DNA from: Candidatus Electronema halotolerans
GTDB lineage: Bacteria; Desulfobacterota; Desulfobulbia; Desulfobulbales; Desulfobulbaceae
Assembly: GCA_942493095.1 (NCBI GenBank)
Contig: OW818675.1
Coordinates: forward strand, 3,150,001-3,182,000
Reading direction: 5' to 3'
DNA length: 32,000 nt
The notes under the pieces were generated by a model. That model made no database searches. It saw only the letters and a list, made by a program, of their open reading frames with translations, and was not told the DNA's origin. Position 1 is the stretch's first letter; every line of letters begins with the position of its first letter. A program made the position numbers and the translations under genes. Shown in pieces: positions 18,233-28,114 of this stretch.

Positions 18233-18931
18233 TCACTCCTCGTAAATGGCCAGATTGGTGTTGAATTCCAGCCGCTCCAGCTCCCCGTCCTGGGTCACAG
18301 CTCTGGCGATTATTTCCCCAAAGCGGCGGGCCTCATTGAGTTGCTGGCGGGTGTGGCCATATTTCGGATAATGCTCTTTCATCCACGACATCCGCTCTGG
18401 CGTTTCTCCGGCCAGCTTGAGAAATACACCGATAGTCCGCCACGGCTCCTTGCTGGTGTGGGTGAAAATGATGCCGTTTGGCACCCGTGCGCCCAGATTT
18501 TTCAGCAGTGACTTGATGCCCCACCAGTGCAGGCGCCAGAAGCCCCGGCAGGAGATGACCGGAATCACGTTCTGCTGGGCGAAAAGCCGCTGGCCGTCCC
18601 GATCCAGCAGGGAAAGCACCGGGCCGCTGGGATTGTAGGACCACGTCGGCCCGGCGAGAATGATCAGATCATACGGCTCAAAGCAGTGTTCCGGCAGCGG
18701 CTCAATTGGGATGCGCTGCCGGAACAGGGTGACGATCATCTTTTTGAACGTCTTGGGAATGGTGCCAATGGGAAAATGCTGGGGAATGGCCGGAACCAAG
18801 TACTCGCAGACCACCTCAGCCTCATACTCGGCCATGCCGTCCAGCAGGGCGTGGACAAGATTTTTGGTCTGGGAGCTGAAGGAATAATAGAGAACAAGAA
18901 TACGCTTCTGCTGCGCCGTGCTGCCGCTCAT
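18233..18931 (-). CDS. Flavodoxin-like protein (NAD(P)H-dependent oxidoreductase / dialkylresorcinol condensing enzyme-like)
   Basis: ILVLYYSFSSQTKNLVHALLDGM...YDLIILAGPTWSYNPSGPVLSLL...VISCRGFWRLHWWGIKSLLKNLGARV. Confidence 0.75.
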   Translation of the reverse strand: MSGSTAQQKRILVLYYSFSSQTKNLVHALLDGMAEYEAEVVCEYLVPAIPQHFPIGTIPKTFKKMIVTLFRQRIPIEPLPEHCFEPYDLIILAGPTWSYNPSGPVLSLLDRDGQRLFAQQNVIPVISCRGFWRLHWWGIKSLLKNLGARVPNGIIFTHTSKEPWRTIGVFLKLAGETPERMSWMKEHYPKYGHTRQQLNEARRFGEIIARAVTQDGELERLEFNTNLAIYEE

Positions 18932-19015
18932 GGGATACCTTTGCTTGATTAAAGCAGATGAAATTGATCATTTTTATTGATAAGCAAAGGAAAGATATTT
19001 TACCACAGAATTGGA

Positions 19016-19052
19016 AAGAAAAAAAGCCTCCTGATCAAAATGATCAGGAGGC
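19016..19052 (-). terminator. Rho-independent terminator after dsrJ
   Basis: Perfect GCCTCCTGATCA-TTT-TGATCAGGAGGC-type stem (19026-19052), followed on the minus strand by TTTTTTTCTTT. Confidence 0.9.
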
Positions 19053-19088
19053 CGGGAAGATCATCGCTTCCTGCGGAAGACCGTCCCG

Positions 19089-19502
19089 CTACTTCTTGTG
19101 GTGACAAGTCCAGCAGTCCGGGATCGTCACTGCTGCATGAGCATGACAGCTATCGCAGAACTGCTCCTTAGTGCCGTGGCAAGTCAGACAGCTCATAGTC
19201 GGCTTCTGTCCGGCCTTGGCAGGATCGTAACCTTGGGCGGTAACATGAATATCCTTGATCATATCCATGTGTTTCGCACGCATTTCTTCAGTAGTAAGGG
19301 CATGTTGTGCTCCATTTGGAAAACTTTTCATACCCATGCTTTGAAGCATATTATCAAAAGCCTTGTGGCTTTCGGCTATCTTATTGTTTGTAGCTGGCGG
19401 CACTGCACCAGCATCGCCAATAAGATTGTTGTACCAAAAGGGAAACGTGATCAGCAGAACGAAGATCAACAGTCCCGGTATGATTTTGCCGCTGTCGTAC
19501 AT
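19089..19502 (-). CDS. dsrJ: DsrJ, periplasmic triheme cytochrome c subunit
   Basis: N-terminal membrane anchor. Three CxxCH motifs (CLTCH, CDSCH, CWTCH). Immediately downstream of dsrK. Confidence 0.92.
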   Translation of the reverse strand: MYDSGKIIPGLLIFVLLITFPFWYNNLIGDAGAVPPATNNKIAESHKAFDNMLQSMGMKSFPNGAQHALTTEEMRAKHMDMIKDIHVTAQGYDPAKAGQKPTMSCLTCHGTKEQFCDSCHAHAAVTIPDCWTCHHKK

Positions 19503-19520
19503 ATTATCCTCCGTTCTTGC

Positions 19521-21152
19521 TTAGACCAGCGTCCGCAGACCCTCGGTCAGTTCCTGTCTGTTTTCGCCTTCAATAACCAGCGCATTGCCAACCAGCTCGC
19601 TCACGCCTGCCACCTGCACTTGCGGGACCCAGTATTCCATCAGAGTGGTCAGGGTGGCCCGGTCAATGGCGCAGACGCAGGCCAAGGTGTTGATGGCATG
19701 CTGGTCATAGACATGCTTGACCGCATTGGCGCGGGGCAGGCCGGAGCGCATCCGCAGCTCCATGATCTCCTCGGTGTTCAGGGCCGTGCCGGAACCGCAG
19801 CAGAAGGTTTTCTCGCGGATGGTGTTTTCCGGCATCTCGTGCCATTCGTCGAGCACGTTGTCCAAGATGTAGCGCGGCTCCTCCAGCAGGCCCATCGCTC
19901 TGGCCGGGTTGCAGGAGTCATGGAAGGTGGCCTTGACATGCGCATTGCGGCTCTTGTCCAGCTTGATCTTGCCGTGCTTGATCAGGTCGGCAGTGAACTC
20001 GCTGATATGGACCATCTTGGTTGAGGCGGCATTGTCAAAGACGGTGCCGGTCAGCGGCGACTTGGGCACTTCAAGGAAGTCTGCCGGGCCGTTCATGGTG
20101 TCCATATACTGATGAATGACGCGCCACATGTGGCCGCACTCGCCGCCAAGAATCCACTTCACGCCCAGCCGCTTGGCCTCAGCATACATCTTGGCGTTCA
20201 GCTTCTTCATCATCTCGTTGGAGGTGAAGAGGCCAAAGTTGCCGCCCTCAGAGGCGTAGGTTGACCATGTGTAATCCAAGCCGATGGCTTCAAAAAGCAG
20301 GAGATAGCCCATGCAGGTGAAAATGCCCGGCTCGGCAAACACATCTGCGGACGGGGTGATGAACAGCACTTCCGCGCCCTTGCGGTTGAAGCTGGGATTG
20401 ACCTTGACTCCGGTCAGATTCTCGATGTCCTCGCAGAGAAATTCAACATTGCCCTTGAAGGCCTGCGGGGTCAGTCCCATGTGGTTGCCAGTCCGGTTCG
20501 AGTTGGCAACCGGCTCCATAGCCCAGTTGATGCCGCAGCCGACCAAATGGAGCAGCTCGCGCAGCATCATGGTGATCTCGGCAGTGTCAATGCCGTAAGG
20601 GCAGAAAACTGAGCAACGGCGGCACTCTGTGCATTGATAGGCGTACATGAACCACTCTTTCAGCACGCCAACGGTCATCTCGCGCCCGCCCGCCATTTTG
20701 CCGAGCAGCTTGCCTGCCAAGGTGAATTCTTGGCGATAGACCGAGCGCAGCAGCTCGGCCCGCAGCACCGGCATGTTCTTGGGGTCGCCCGTGCCAAGAA
20801 AGAAATGGCATTTGTCCGCGCAGGCGCCGCAGCGGACGCAGCAGTCCATGAAAATCTTCAGAGAACGGAAGCGGTCAAGGCGGTCTGCCAGCCCCTTGAT
20901 GATAATCTCCTTCCAGTTCTCCGGCAGCTTCCAGTCTTCATCTTCTGGATTCCAAGCGCGGGCGTTGGGAAAGCTCACACCCTGCTGGCTGTTGAGATAT
21001 TCCAGTTTTTCCGGCTTGGTTGGATAGGCATAGTTGCCCGGCTTGAACACTGCCGGGATGTCCATCCACTCTTTTTCCGGCATTGAGCCGGTCATCAGCG
21101 TCGGCTCTTCGACCACGCTCTTTGCCAGCTCATCCTTTTTTATGACGGCCAT
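19521..21152 (-). CDS. dsrK: DsrK, HdrD-like Fe-S subunit of sulfite reduction-associated complex
   Basis: CVRCGACADKCHFFLGTGDPKNMPVLRAELLR, CTECRRCSVFCPYGIDTAEI, CCG-type motifs HDSCNPAR...KTFCCGSGTALNTEEIMELR. Confidence 0.96.
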   Translation of the reverse strand: MAVIKKDELAKSVVEEPTLMTGSMPEKEWMDIPAVFKPGNYAYPTKPEKLEYLNSQQGVSFPNARAWNPEDEDWKLPENWKEIIIKGLADRLDRFRSLKIFMDCCVRCGACADKCHFFLGTGDPKNMPVLRAELLRSVYRQEFTLAGKLLGKMAGGREMTVGVLKEWFMYAYQCTECRRCSVFCPYGIDTAEITMMLRELLHLVGCGINWAMEPVANSNRTGNHMGLTPQAFKGNVEFLCEDIENLTGVKVNPSFNRKGAEVLFITPSADVFAEPGIFTCMGYLLLFEAIGLDYTWSTYASEGGNFGLFTSNEMMKKLNAKMYAEAKRLGVKWILGGECGHMWRVIHQYMDTMNGPADFLEVPKSPLTGTVFDNAASTKMVHISEFTADLIKHGKIKLDKSRNAHVKATFHDSCNPARAMGLLEEPRYILDNVLDEWHEMPENTIREKTFCCGSGTALNTEEIMELRMRSGLPRANAVKHVYDQHAINTLACVCAIDRATLTTLMEYWVPQVQVAGVSELVGNALVIEGENRQELTEGLRTLV

Positions 21153-21175
21153 TGTGATTATTCCTTATGCACCTG

Positions 21176-22201
21176 TTATTCGTCAGCCTTTTCAGGCAGT
21201 TCCTTTTCCACCGGGATGCCCTGCTCAACCATGTCCGCCCGGAATTCGTCCTCGTAACCAGCATAAGAATGGGGCTTGATGTCCGGGTTCCACGGATTGA
21301 TGTGCCGCCGCATCCTGCTGTCATTGGCCAAGTTGCGGGTCGGACTGAGAAAAACCCCGCCCATGTGCATCAACTTGGAAAAGGGGAAGTAGGCCAGCAG
21401 GCAGGAAACTAAGAAGAGATGTATGTAGAATATCGAGGCAATCTCAGCAGGGACAACCGGCTTGAAGGTGGTCAGGCCGACCGCCAAGTTCTTAATGGCA
21501 ATGATATCAACACCGCTACGCAGGAAGTAGCGCATCAGGATGCCGGTAAGGGCAATGCCGATCAGGAGGAAAAGCGGGAAATAGTCGTTGGCCAAGGAGA
21601 TGTAATTCACCGGTTTGATCAGGAAACGGCGGAGCAGCAGAGCCAGCAGGCCGATGAGGATCAGCGCGTCCGTGACATAAATGGACAGCTCCGGGGTCAG
21701 ATGGAGGGAAAATCCGTCCAAGGCATCCAGCCCGCTGATCAGGAAGGGCACCGGCTCCACAAAGAGGCGCAGATGACGGAGCAGGATGATCAACATGCTG
21801 TAATGGAAGAGAATGCCGAAAAGCCAGAGCCATCTGGTCGCCTTGTAGCTCAGAACCGGGCCAGGCTTGATGCTGGCCTTGGTGTTGCGCCAGAGGGAGC
21901 GGAAGAGGAAAATCTCCATGAACATCCGGCCCAGCACTTCACCGGTGCTCAACGGCGCTTCCAGCTTGTCCCGCTTCACCCACGGCATGGAATAGCCCTG
22001 CCCGCAGGTGGTCGGGATTCTGAACGGCACTGGCGATCTGGCCCAATAGAGGACCCGCCAGCAGAAGCCGCCGATAAAGAGAAGCAGGGCCGCGTAGGGC
22101 ACCACAACACCGAACAGGTATTGCAGGCCGGGGATCACGGACCCTATCCATGCAATCACCGCCAAGACGATGACCGCAGCCAAGGGGAAGATGTACTTCA
22201 T
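21176..22201 (-). CDS. dsrM: DsrM, membrane cytochrome b (NarI-like) subunit
   Basis: Multiple TM segments. RVLYWARSPVPFRIPTTCGQGYSMPWVKRDKLEAPLSTGEVLGRMFMEIFLFRSLWRNTKASI. Precedes dsrK. Confidence 0.95.
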   Translation of the reverse strand: MKYIFPLAAVIVLAVIAWIGSVIPGLQYLFGVVVPYAALLLFIGGFCWRVLYWARSPVPFRIPTTCGQGYSMPWVKRDKLEAPLSTGEVLGRMFMEIFLFRSLWRNTKASIKPGPVLSYKATRWLWLFGILFHYSMLIILLRHLRLFVEPVPFLISGLDALDGFSLHLTPELSIYVTDALILIGLLALLLRRFLIKPVNYISLANDYFPLFLLIGIALTGILMRYFLRSGVDIIAIKNLAVGLTTFKPVVPAEIASIFYIHLFLVSCLLAYFPFSKLMHMGGVFLSPTRNLANDSRMRRHINPWNPDIKPHSYAGYEDEFRADMVEQGIPVEKELPEKADE

Positions 22202-22251
22202 TGATCGCTCCCTTTTTTCAGATTGAAAAGGATAGAATATCTAAAGCATAT

Positions 22252-22815
22252 CTATGCTTTGTCCACTGGGCAATGCCTGTCTGGCGCGACCGTTTCCCGC
22301 AGGTTGTCCCGAATCAGGGCCGAGGCGCAGGATGCGTCTGTCAAAATATAGCTGCCGCTTTTCAGCTCCCGGATTCTCGCCTTATGGAGCCGATCCCGGC
22401 AATCCATGTAGATGTCAAAGGCTTGCAAAATCATCTTATCGACCGCGCAGGCAAAAGGCAGCAGCTCGGCCTCGGCAAGCAGTTCCCGGCAGTCTTCATC
22501 AGCGGAGAACACCTGCCGCACTGCTGTTTTCAGCTCCAGCAGCGGCCCGACCGCCTGCGACGGCGTGAACTCCTGCACCGCCCGGATGCGGATGATTTGG
22601 TCGAGCGGTGCAGCAAAGGCCTGCGCATCGGCTCCGGCCACAAGCAGCTGGAACAGCTTGGTCAGCCCTTCCCGAATATTGCCGCCAACCGGATTGGCGA
22701 ACCGGTCGAGCGACTTTTTGAAAAAGTCAGAGGAAATGTAGGTGTCCAGCACCCGCTCTGTCCATAAGGCGAGGATTTTCGCCTCGTTATGCCGCAATGC
22801 CTCTGTTGTGTTCAT
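22252..22815 (-). CDS. RsbRD N-terminal domain-containing protein
   Basis: LRHNEAKILALWTERVLDTYISSDFFKKSLDRFANPVGGNIREGLTKLFQLLVAG: typical RsbRD_N protein found upstream of dsrMKJOP in sulfate reducers. Confidence 0.88.
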   Translation of the reverse strand: MNTTEALRHNEAKILALWTERVLDTYISSDFFKKSLDRFANPVGGNIREGLTKLFQLLVAGADAQAFAAPLDQIIRIRAVQEFTPSQAVGPLLELKTAVRQVFSADEDCRELLAEAELLPFACAVDKMILQAFDIYMDCRDRLHKARIRELKSGSYILTDASCASALIRDNLRETVAPDRHCPVDKA

Positions 22816-22867
22816 TATAGTGAAGTCCTTGCTCTATCATGATTGACCGCTGATTGCAAGCAAAATG

Positions 22868-25000
22868 TCATTTTTTGCTCCGAGCGGCTGCCTGCGCCAC
22901 AGCAGCGGAACTGTCCATAAGATGGAGGGATAAATCGGCATACGGATCATCAGCCAGCTCCTCGTCCAGACTTTTTTTCTCAATGCCTGGCTCATCATCC
23001 GCCTCCTCATCAACACCGCCGATTTTCTCAGCCTCTTTCAGCTCCTTCCGCTCCTGCAGCACCCCAGCCAAATACACCGGCACCATGCTGTCCTCTTTGC
23101 GCGCTTTGGCCCGCAGGCTTTCTGTCTGTATTTTTTGGAATTTTTTGCTGGCCGCCAAGTAGCTGGCACTTTTCAGCCGGGCTTCGTTCGAATCGAGCCT
23201 GGCTCCGTGCCAAGGCTTGTATTTGACCGGGGCCACCTGGTCCCAAGGCAGGGAGTTGTCCAAATACTGCTCGCCAGTCTCCAAATAATCCAGAATACTT
23301 GGCAGCACCACATCCGGGATGATGCCCTTGTACTGGGTGGAGCTGCCCGTGATTCGGTAAAATTTCTGAATCGTGATCTTGAGCGCGCCGAGATCGTCGT
23401 ATTTCCTTCTGAAGAGCAGAGGCAGGTTGCGGTTCAGATCAACCAGCGTCTGCACCGTGCCCTTGCCGTGCGTGTGCGCTCCGCCGACAATCAGCGCTCT
23501 GCCATAGTCTTGCAGGGCGCCGGCCAGAATTTCTGAAGCTGAGGCGGCAAACTGATTGACCAGCACCAGCATCGGGCCGTCATAGACAAGCCCGTTGTCC
23601 TCATCCTCCAGCACCAGCATCTGGCCTTCCGAATTTTTGATCTGCACCACTGGTCCGCCAGGCAGGAACAGGCCGGAGACCTCGACCGCATCAGCCAAGG
23701 AGCCGCCGCCATTGTTGCGCAGGTCAAGGATCAGTCCGGCAATGCCCTTCTTTTTCAACTTGCGCAGCTCGCTGCGGGTGTCATCCGTGACATTGCGGGA
23801 CGCATCACCGTGCTGTCCTCCTGAAAAATCCCGATAAAAGGTCGGAATCTTCAGATAGCCTATTTTGTGTCCCTTGTCGTCCTTCAATACTGTTGATTTG
23901 ACGAAGGTTTCCTCCAGCTTGACCACATCCCGGATGATGGGGATCACCAAGCGGCTGCCGTCAGACTGAACAACCGTCAGGCGCACCTCAGTGCCTTTGG
24001 GGCCGCGAATATAGGCAACCGCCTCCCTGATGCTCATTGAGGAAATATCGACTGGCTCGCCGTCCTTTTCCGCCACTGCCAAGATAATATCCTCAGCTTG
24101 GAGCTGGCCCTGCGCCGCTGCCGGACTGCCGGGAATAATGTTCACCACTTTGATATGGCCGTCATCCTCCCGCAGCAAGGCGCCAATGCCTTCGAGCGAG
24201 CCGCTCATGTGGATGTCAAAATCCTCTTTGGACTCAGGGGCCATGTAGTCGGTATGCGGATCAAAGGACTTGGCAATGGCCTCGAAATAGCGGTTGCAAT
24301 GCTCCTGGCGGCTGATTTTCCGCAGTCTGCTCAGATACTGATCATTTTTTTTCCGCACCTTTTCCAGGGCTGCTTTCCACAGCTTCTGATCAACTGTGAT
24401 GCGTTCTTCAGCAGGCGGAGTCAGCTTTTTTTCCGACTTTTTGGCAGCATCTTTTTTCTGTTCGTTGTCACGCTCCTCAAGATAGGTTTCAATGGTCTCC
24501 AGCTTGAGGGAAAGCCGCCAGCGTTCACGCAGCTCTTCCTTGCTGGCCGCCCAAGTGATTTTATCAGGATCACTCTGGAGCGACTCCTCCCGATTGGGAT
24601 CAAAACCAGCCGCCAGTATCTCCTTGATCATTTTGCCGACCTCCTTGGCCCGCCGGTTGAGCAGGCCCCGGCCCGCATCAGGCAGGAGAAGATGGCCCTC
24701 TTTAACTTCATCGTCGATTTTGTCGCCAAATTCATTGAGCTGCTGCACATCGGAAGCAAGCAGGAACTGTTTGCGCGGATCAAGCTGTTTGAGGTACAGA
24801 TCATAGGCCGCCCGTGACATCCGGTCATTGCAGGTCTTATGAGAGAAATGCTGGGCAGGCAGCTGATGGCAGAGCATGGAGGCGATCAGACGGTTCCGGT
24901 CCGCATCAAATTCTGGAGGCGGGGCCGTTTTGCTGTGCGCGAACGAGCTGATGAGCAGGGAAAGCAGAAATCCGCTGATAAGGAAACGATGCAGCCGCAT
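22868..25000 (-). CDS. prc: Carboxy-terminal processing (tail-specific) protease, S41 family
   Basis: Start at MRLHRFLISGFLLSLLISSFAHS. FDPHTDYMAPESKEDFDIHMSGSLEGIGALL, PDZ domain, GLILDLRNNGGGSLADAVEVSGLFLPGGPVVQI, QFAASASEILAGALQDYGRALIVGGAHTHGKGTVQ. Confidence 0.95.
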   Translation of the reverse strand: MRLHRFLISGFLLSLLISSFAHSKTAPPPEFDADRNRLIASMLCHQLPAQHFSHKTCNDRMSRAAYDLYLKQLDPRKQFLLASDVQQLNEFGDKIDDEVKEGHLLLPDAGRGLLNRRAKEVGKMIKEILAAGFDPNREESLQSDPDKITWAASKEELRERWRLSLKLETIETYLEERDNEQKKDAAKKSEKKLTPPAEERITVDQKLWKAALEKVRKKNDQYLSRLRKISRQEHCNRYFEAIAKSFDPHTDYMAPESKEDFDIHMSGSLEGIGALLREDDGHIKVVNIIPGSPAAAQGQLQAEDIILAVAEKDGEPVDISSMSIREAVAYIRGPKGTEVRLTVVQSDGSRLVIPIIRDVVKLEETFVKSTVLKDDKGHKIGYLKIPTFYRDFSGGQHGDASRNVTDDTRSELRKLKKKGIAGLILDLRNNGGGSLADAVEVSGLFLPGGPVVQIKNSEGQMLVLEDEDNGLVYDGPMLVLVNQFAASASEILAGALQDYGRALIVGGAHTHGKGTVQTLVDLNRNLPLLFRRKYDDLGALKITIQKFYRITGSSTQYKGIIPDVVLPSILDYLETGEQYLDNSLPWDQVAPVKYKPWHGARLDSNEARLKSASYLAASKKFQKIQTESLRAKARKEDSMVPVYLAGVLQERKELKEAEKIGGVDEEADDEPGIEKKSLDEELADDPYADLSLHLMDSSAAVAQAAARSKK

Positions 25001-25353
25001 AAGACAGGACTCCAGAATAAATGCGGACAGACCGGGTAAAAATGGTCTGCCGGAACGGGATTGCAGGAAAAACAGGCCAGACTGAGTCATTCAATATGAA
25101 TCGAGAAATAAGTTAAATACCATGCGTTGGCCCAAAAGTAAACAGGGAAAAGGGCAGAGATGCCTCAGCCGCGCTCTTCCGGCCTGACTGTGCTGTCAAG
25201 CGGCTTTTCTGCGCAGCAGGGCCGTTAGGTCAAAAAGCTGCTTGCGTCCCTTCCCGGCAAAATGGTAAACAAGACCGGAGCCTGCCTCAGTCTGTCGCCC
25301 CTGGCATTTTTTTGGCCAGACACGCACTTTTCATTTATCAGGAGAAACTTTTT

Positions 25354-26709
25354 ATGGCTGCTGTTGCCCCGTTCCGCGCCCTGCGCTACAACCCGGAAAA
25401 AATCACCCGGCTGGAAGATGTGATCACCCCGCCTTATGACATTATTTCTGCTGAGGACGGCGAAGAGCTGCGGCAGAAAAATCCCTATTCCATGATCAAC
25501 CTTGACCTGCGCAACACCTCGCAGGATGAGACTGAGGATGATGGCCGCTATCAGCAGGCCCGCGACCGCTTCATGTCGTGGGTGGAGGAGCAAGTTGTTG
25601 TCCGTGACCAACAGCCTGCCATTTACCTTTACGCCATTGATTATCAGCATCCCAACGGCAAAATGCTGACCCGCAAGGGCATCGTCTGTCTGGTCGGGCT
25701 GGCTGAGTTCAGCGAGGGCATCGTCCGTCCGCACGAAAAAACCTTTGCCGGGGTGATCAGCGACCGGCTCAAGCTGCTGGAGACCTGCCAAGCTCAGTTC
25801 AGCAAGGTCTTTTCCATTTATGCCGATCCGCAGCAGGAGGTGATCCGCACCTTGGAGCAGGCGCAGGAGAGCGCGCCCGTGCTGGAGGTCAAGGACAGCA
25901 ACGCCAACAATCACAGCCTCTGGCGGGTCACGGACGCGGCGGCCATTGCCACAGTGCGGCAGTTCTTTGCGAATAAGCCTGTTTATATTGCCGACGGCCA
26001 TCACCGCTACACCACGGCCTTGGAGCTGCGCCGCCGCGCTTTGGCTGCTGATCCTGATCTGCCTGCGGATGATCCGCGCAACTTCATGATGATGTATCTC
26101 TGCGGCTGCGAGGATCCGGGCCTGTCTGTCCTGCCCACCCACCGCCTTGTCCGCTGGCCCGGCACGATGAGCGCGGACCTGCTGGCTGACAAGCTGCGGA
26201 CAGAGCTGACTGTCACCGAAGTCACGCAGAGCAGCCGGGAGAGCCTGATGGCTGAGACTTTCAACCGGATGGACGAGGCGGCAGCCAGCGGCCTGCCCGC
26301 CTTTGGGGTTTATCATGCCGGAGAGAACCGCGCCTTCCTGCTGACCTCGGCCAAGGAGACCCTTGCCAGCTTGGCCGACAAGCCGGAGGTGCTGCGCAGC
26401 TTGGATGTGGTGGTGCTGTCAGAGGTGCTGCTGGGCCGCTGTCTTGGCCTCAGCCATGAGCAGTGCGCCAAGGGCAGGCTGATCAGCTACTTGAGCGACC
26501 CGGATGAGGCCCTCGATGCGGCGGTCAAGGAGAGCGTCAATGACGGCCATACCCCACTGCTCTTCCTGCTCAATCCGACCAAAGTTGAGCAGGTGCTGCG
26601 GGTGGCGGACAGCGGCGAGATCATGCCCCACAAATCCACCTTCTTTTATCCAAAAATCCTCACTGGCCTGCTGATCAGGAAGCTGGATGAGGCCGTGCCG
26701 CTGCCATAG
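25354..26709 (+). CDS. DUF1015 domain-containing protein
   Basis: FRALRYNPEKITRLEDVITPPYDIISAEDGEELRQKNPYSMINLDL...GIVRPHEKTFAGVISDRLKLLE...YIADGHHRYTTALELRR. Confidence 0.95.
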   Translation: MAAVAPFRALRYNPEKITRLEDVITPPYDIISAEDGEELRQKNPYSMINLDLRNTSQDETEDDGRYQQARDRFMSWVEEQVVVRDQQPAIYLYAIDYQHPNGKMLTRKGIVCLVGLAEFSEGIVRPHEKTFAGVISDRLKLLETCQAQFSKVFSIYADPQQEVIRTLEQAQESAPVLEVKDSNANNHSLWRVTDAAAIATVRQFFANKPVYIADGHHRYTTALELRRRALAADPDLPADDPRNFMMMYLCGCEDPGLSVLPTHRLVRWPGTMSADLLADKLRTELTVTEVTQSSRESLMAETFNRMDEAAASGLPAFGVYHAGENRAFLLTSAKETLASLADKPEVLRSLDVVVLSEVLLGRCLGLSHEQCAKGRLISYLSDPDEALDAAVKESVNDGHTPLLFLLNPTKVEQVLRVADSGEIMPHKSTFFYPKILTGLLIRKLDEAVPLP

Positions 26710-26764
26710 CAGCTTCCTGCTGCGGGGCTGACACGGCAATCGCCGCCAGGGAACCTCCCCTGAT

Positions 26765-26932
26765 CTCATTGACAACTGCCCGTACATCTACAACCCGCAG
26801 CAGGAGGACAGCGACAAGGATCATATCGGCGATGTCTGCGACAACTGCCCGCTCGTCGCCAACATAAATCAGAAGGACAGCGACCGGGACGGCGTGGGCG
26901 ATGCCTGCTGCGAGCTGCTGCTGAAACATTAG
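26765..26932 (+). pseudogene. Orphan thrombospondin type-3 repeat C-terminal fragment
   Basis: Frame reads [55 protein letters not shown]. Two TSP3/Ca-binding repeats with no start codon or upstream coding body (in-frame TGA close upstream). Confidence 0.8.
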
Positions 26933-27031
26933 CAGTTGAGGCCAGCAGCCCGCCGTTGTGTCGCAAGGAAACAAAAAAGGCACCTCCTTTCCAAGAGATG
27001 CCTTCCTTTTTGCAATGTCGTTTGACCGTCC

Positions 27032-28114
27032 TTATTCAACCGTATTGCTCTCCTCCTGCGGAACAGGCGGCGCAGCATCTGCCGGTTCTTGCGAAGGAGC
27101 AACGTTGCTTTCCTGTGCTGCCGGAACTGGAGAAGTCTGCTCTGCTTGCTCTGTCTGCCCTGAAGGAGCAGCGGCAGGAACTGATGCAGCCTCCGCCTTC
27201 TTCACCAGCAAACTCTCCCGCTTCACCTTGGTCAGCTCCTCAGCCTGCCACTTGCCGACCTTGAAATACAGCTCGCTGTTCGACATCTTGAGGACATACT
27301 CATCCTTGTCCTTGGCTAAGTTATACGTCACTGTGCTGCCGTCATTCTTAGTAACGACAAACTGCACAGCCGGGGCCTGCTGGAAGAGCGGGGCCGCTTT
27401 CGCCGGATCAAGCACGGCCTCGACACTCAGGCCGGTGATCGTGTTGAGCAGCTTGTCCACCTCATCCTTGGAGGCTTCGCCCTCCGCCGCGCCGTCCAAG
27501 AGCCAGTCCTTGTCCTTGCGGGTCAGGGAAATATCCCCTGTCGTCACCTGCTTCAGCTCCTCCCGGTTCAGGCGGGCAACGGTCTTATCCAACCAGCCGT
27601 CTGCTGTCGCCTCTGCGTCAAAGTCGCTGACCGGAATGGTGAAGACCGCAGCCTGCCCATTGACGCGGGCGTAGCTCTGCCGCAGTCCTGCCGACTTGCC
27701 GAGATAGAAATCAGCAACGATCTTGTCGCCTTCCTTGAAGACGAGATGGCGGTTGAAGTCCTTGTCCGCTGTCTGGAAGCGTTTGGCCGCCCCCTCAGTC
27801 GAGGCCACAGCCAGCCCTTGCTTGGCTGCCGCGATTTTCTTCAGCAGACTTTCAACCTGGCTGCTGTTCGCAGGCGCGGAAAAAGCATCCGGCAGCAGCC
27901 AGCTCTTGTCCTTTTTGCGCAGAGTGACCTTCTTGCCGTCGCCCGCGCTGATCTGCACCGTGCTGATCTTGTCAGGACTGAAGGCAAGGAAAAGGGCGTT
28001 CGGCTGGGCCGCATTCAGGCCGGAGCTGCTGCGCACTTGCAAGAAAAGAGCCGCGCCCAGTTGGAGAACAAGCAGGGCCGCTGCCGCATATATCAGACGT
28101 TGAATCATGGTCAT
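27032..28114 (-). CDS. DUF4340 domain-containing protein
   Basis: N-terminal TM, KISTVQISAGDGKKVTLRKKDKSWLLPDAFSAPANSSQVESLLKKI...FHLGKS-like 'DFYLGKSAGLRQSYARVNGQAAVFTI'. ATGA overlap with the upstream gene. Confidence 0.88.
   Translation of the reverse strand: MTMIQRLIYAAAALLVLQLGAALFLQVRSSSGLNAAQPNALFLAFSPDKISTVQISAGDGKKVTLRKKDKSWLLPDAFSAPANSSQVESLLKKIAAAKQGLAVASTEGAAKRFQTADKDFNRHLVFKEGDKIVADFYLGKSAGLRQSYARVNGQAAVFTIPVSDFDAEATADGWLDKTVARLNREELKQVTTGDISLTRKDKDWLLDGAAEGEASKDEVDKLLNTITGLSVEAVLDPAKAAPLFQQAPAVQFVVTKNDGSTVTYNLAKDKDEYVLKMSNSELYFKVGKWQAEELTKVKRESLLVKKAEAASVPAAAPSGQTEQAEQTSPVPAAQESNVAPSQEPADAAPPVPQEESNTVE

Noticed and set aside
24098-24817. Long plus-strand ORFs opposite prc, and similar ones at 29722-30552, 28891-29664 and 21419-22204
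   Set aside because: Antisense shadows of confidently assigned genes on the minus strand.
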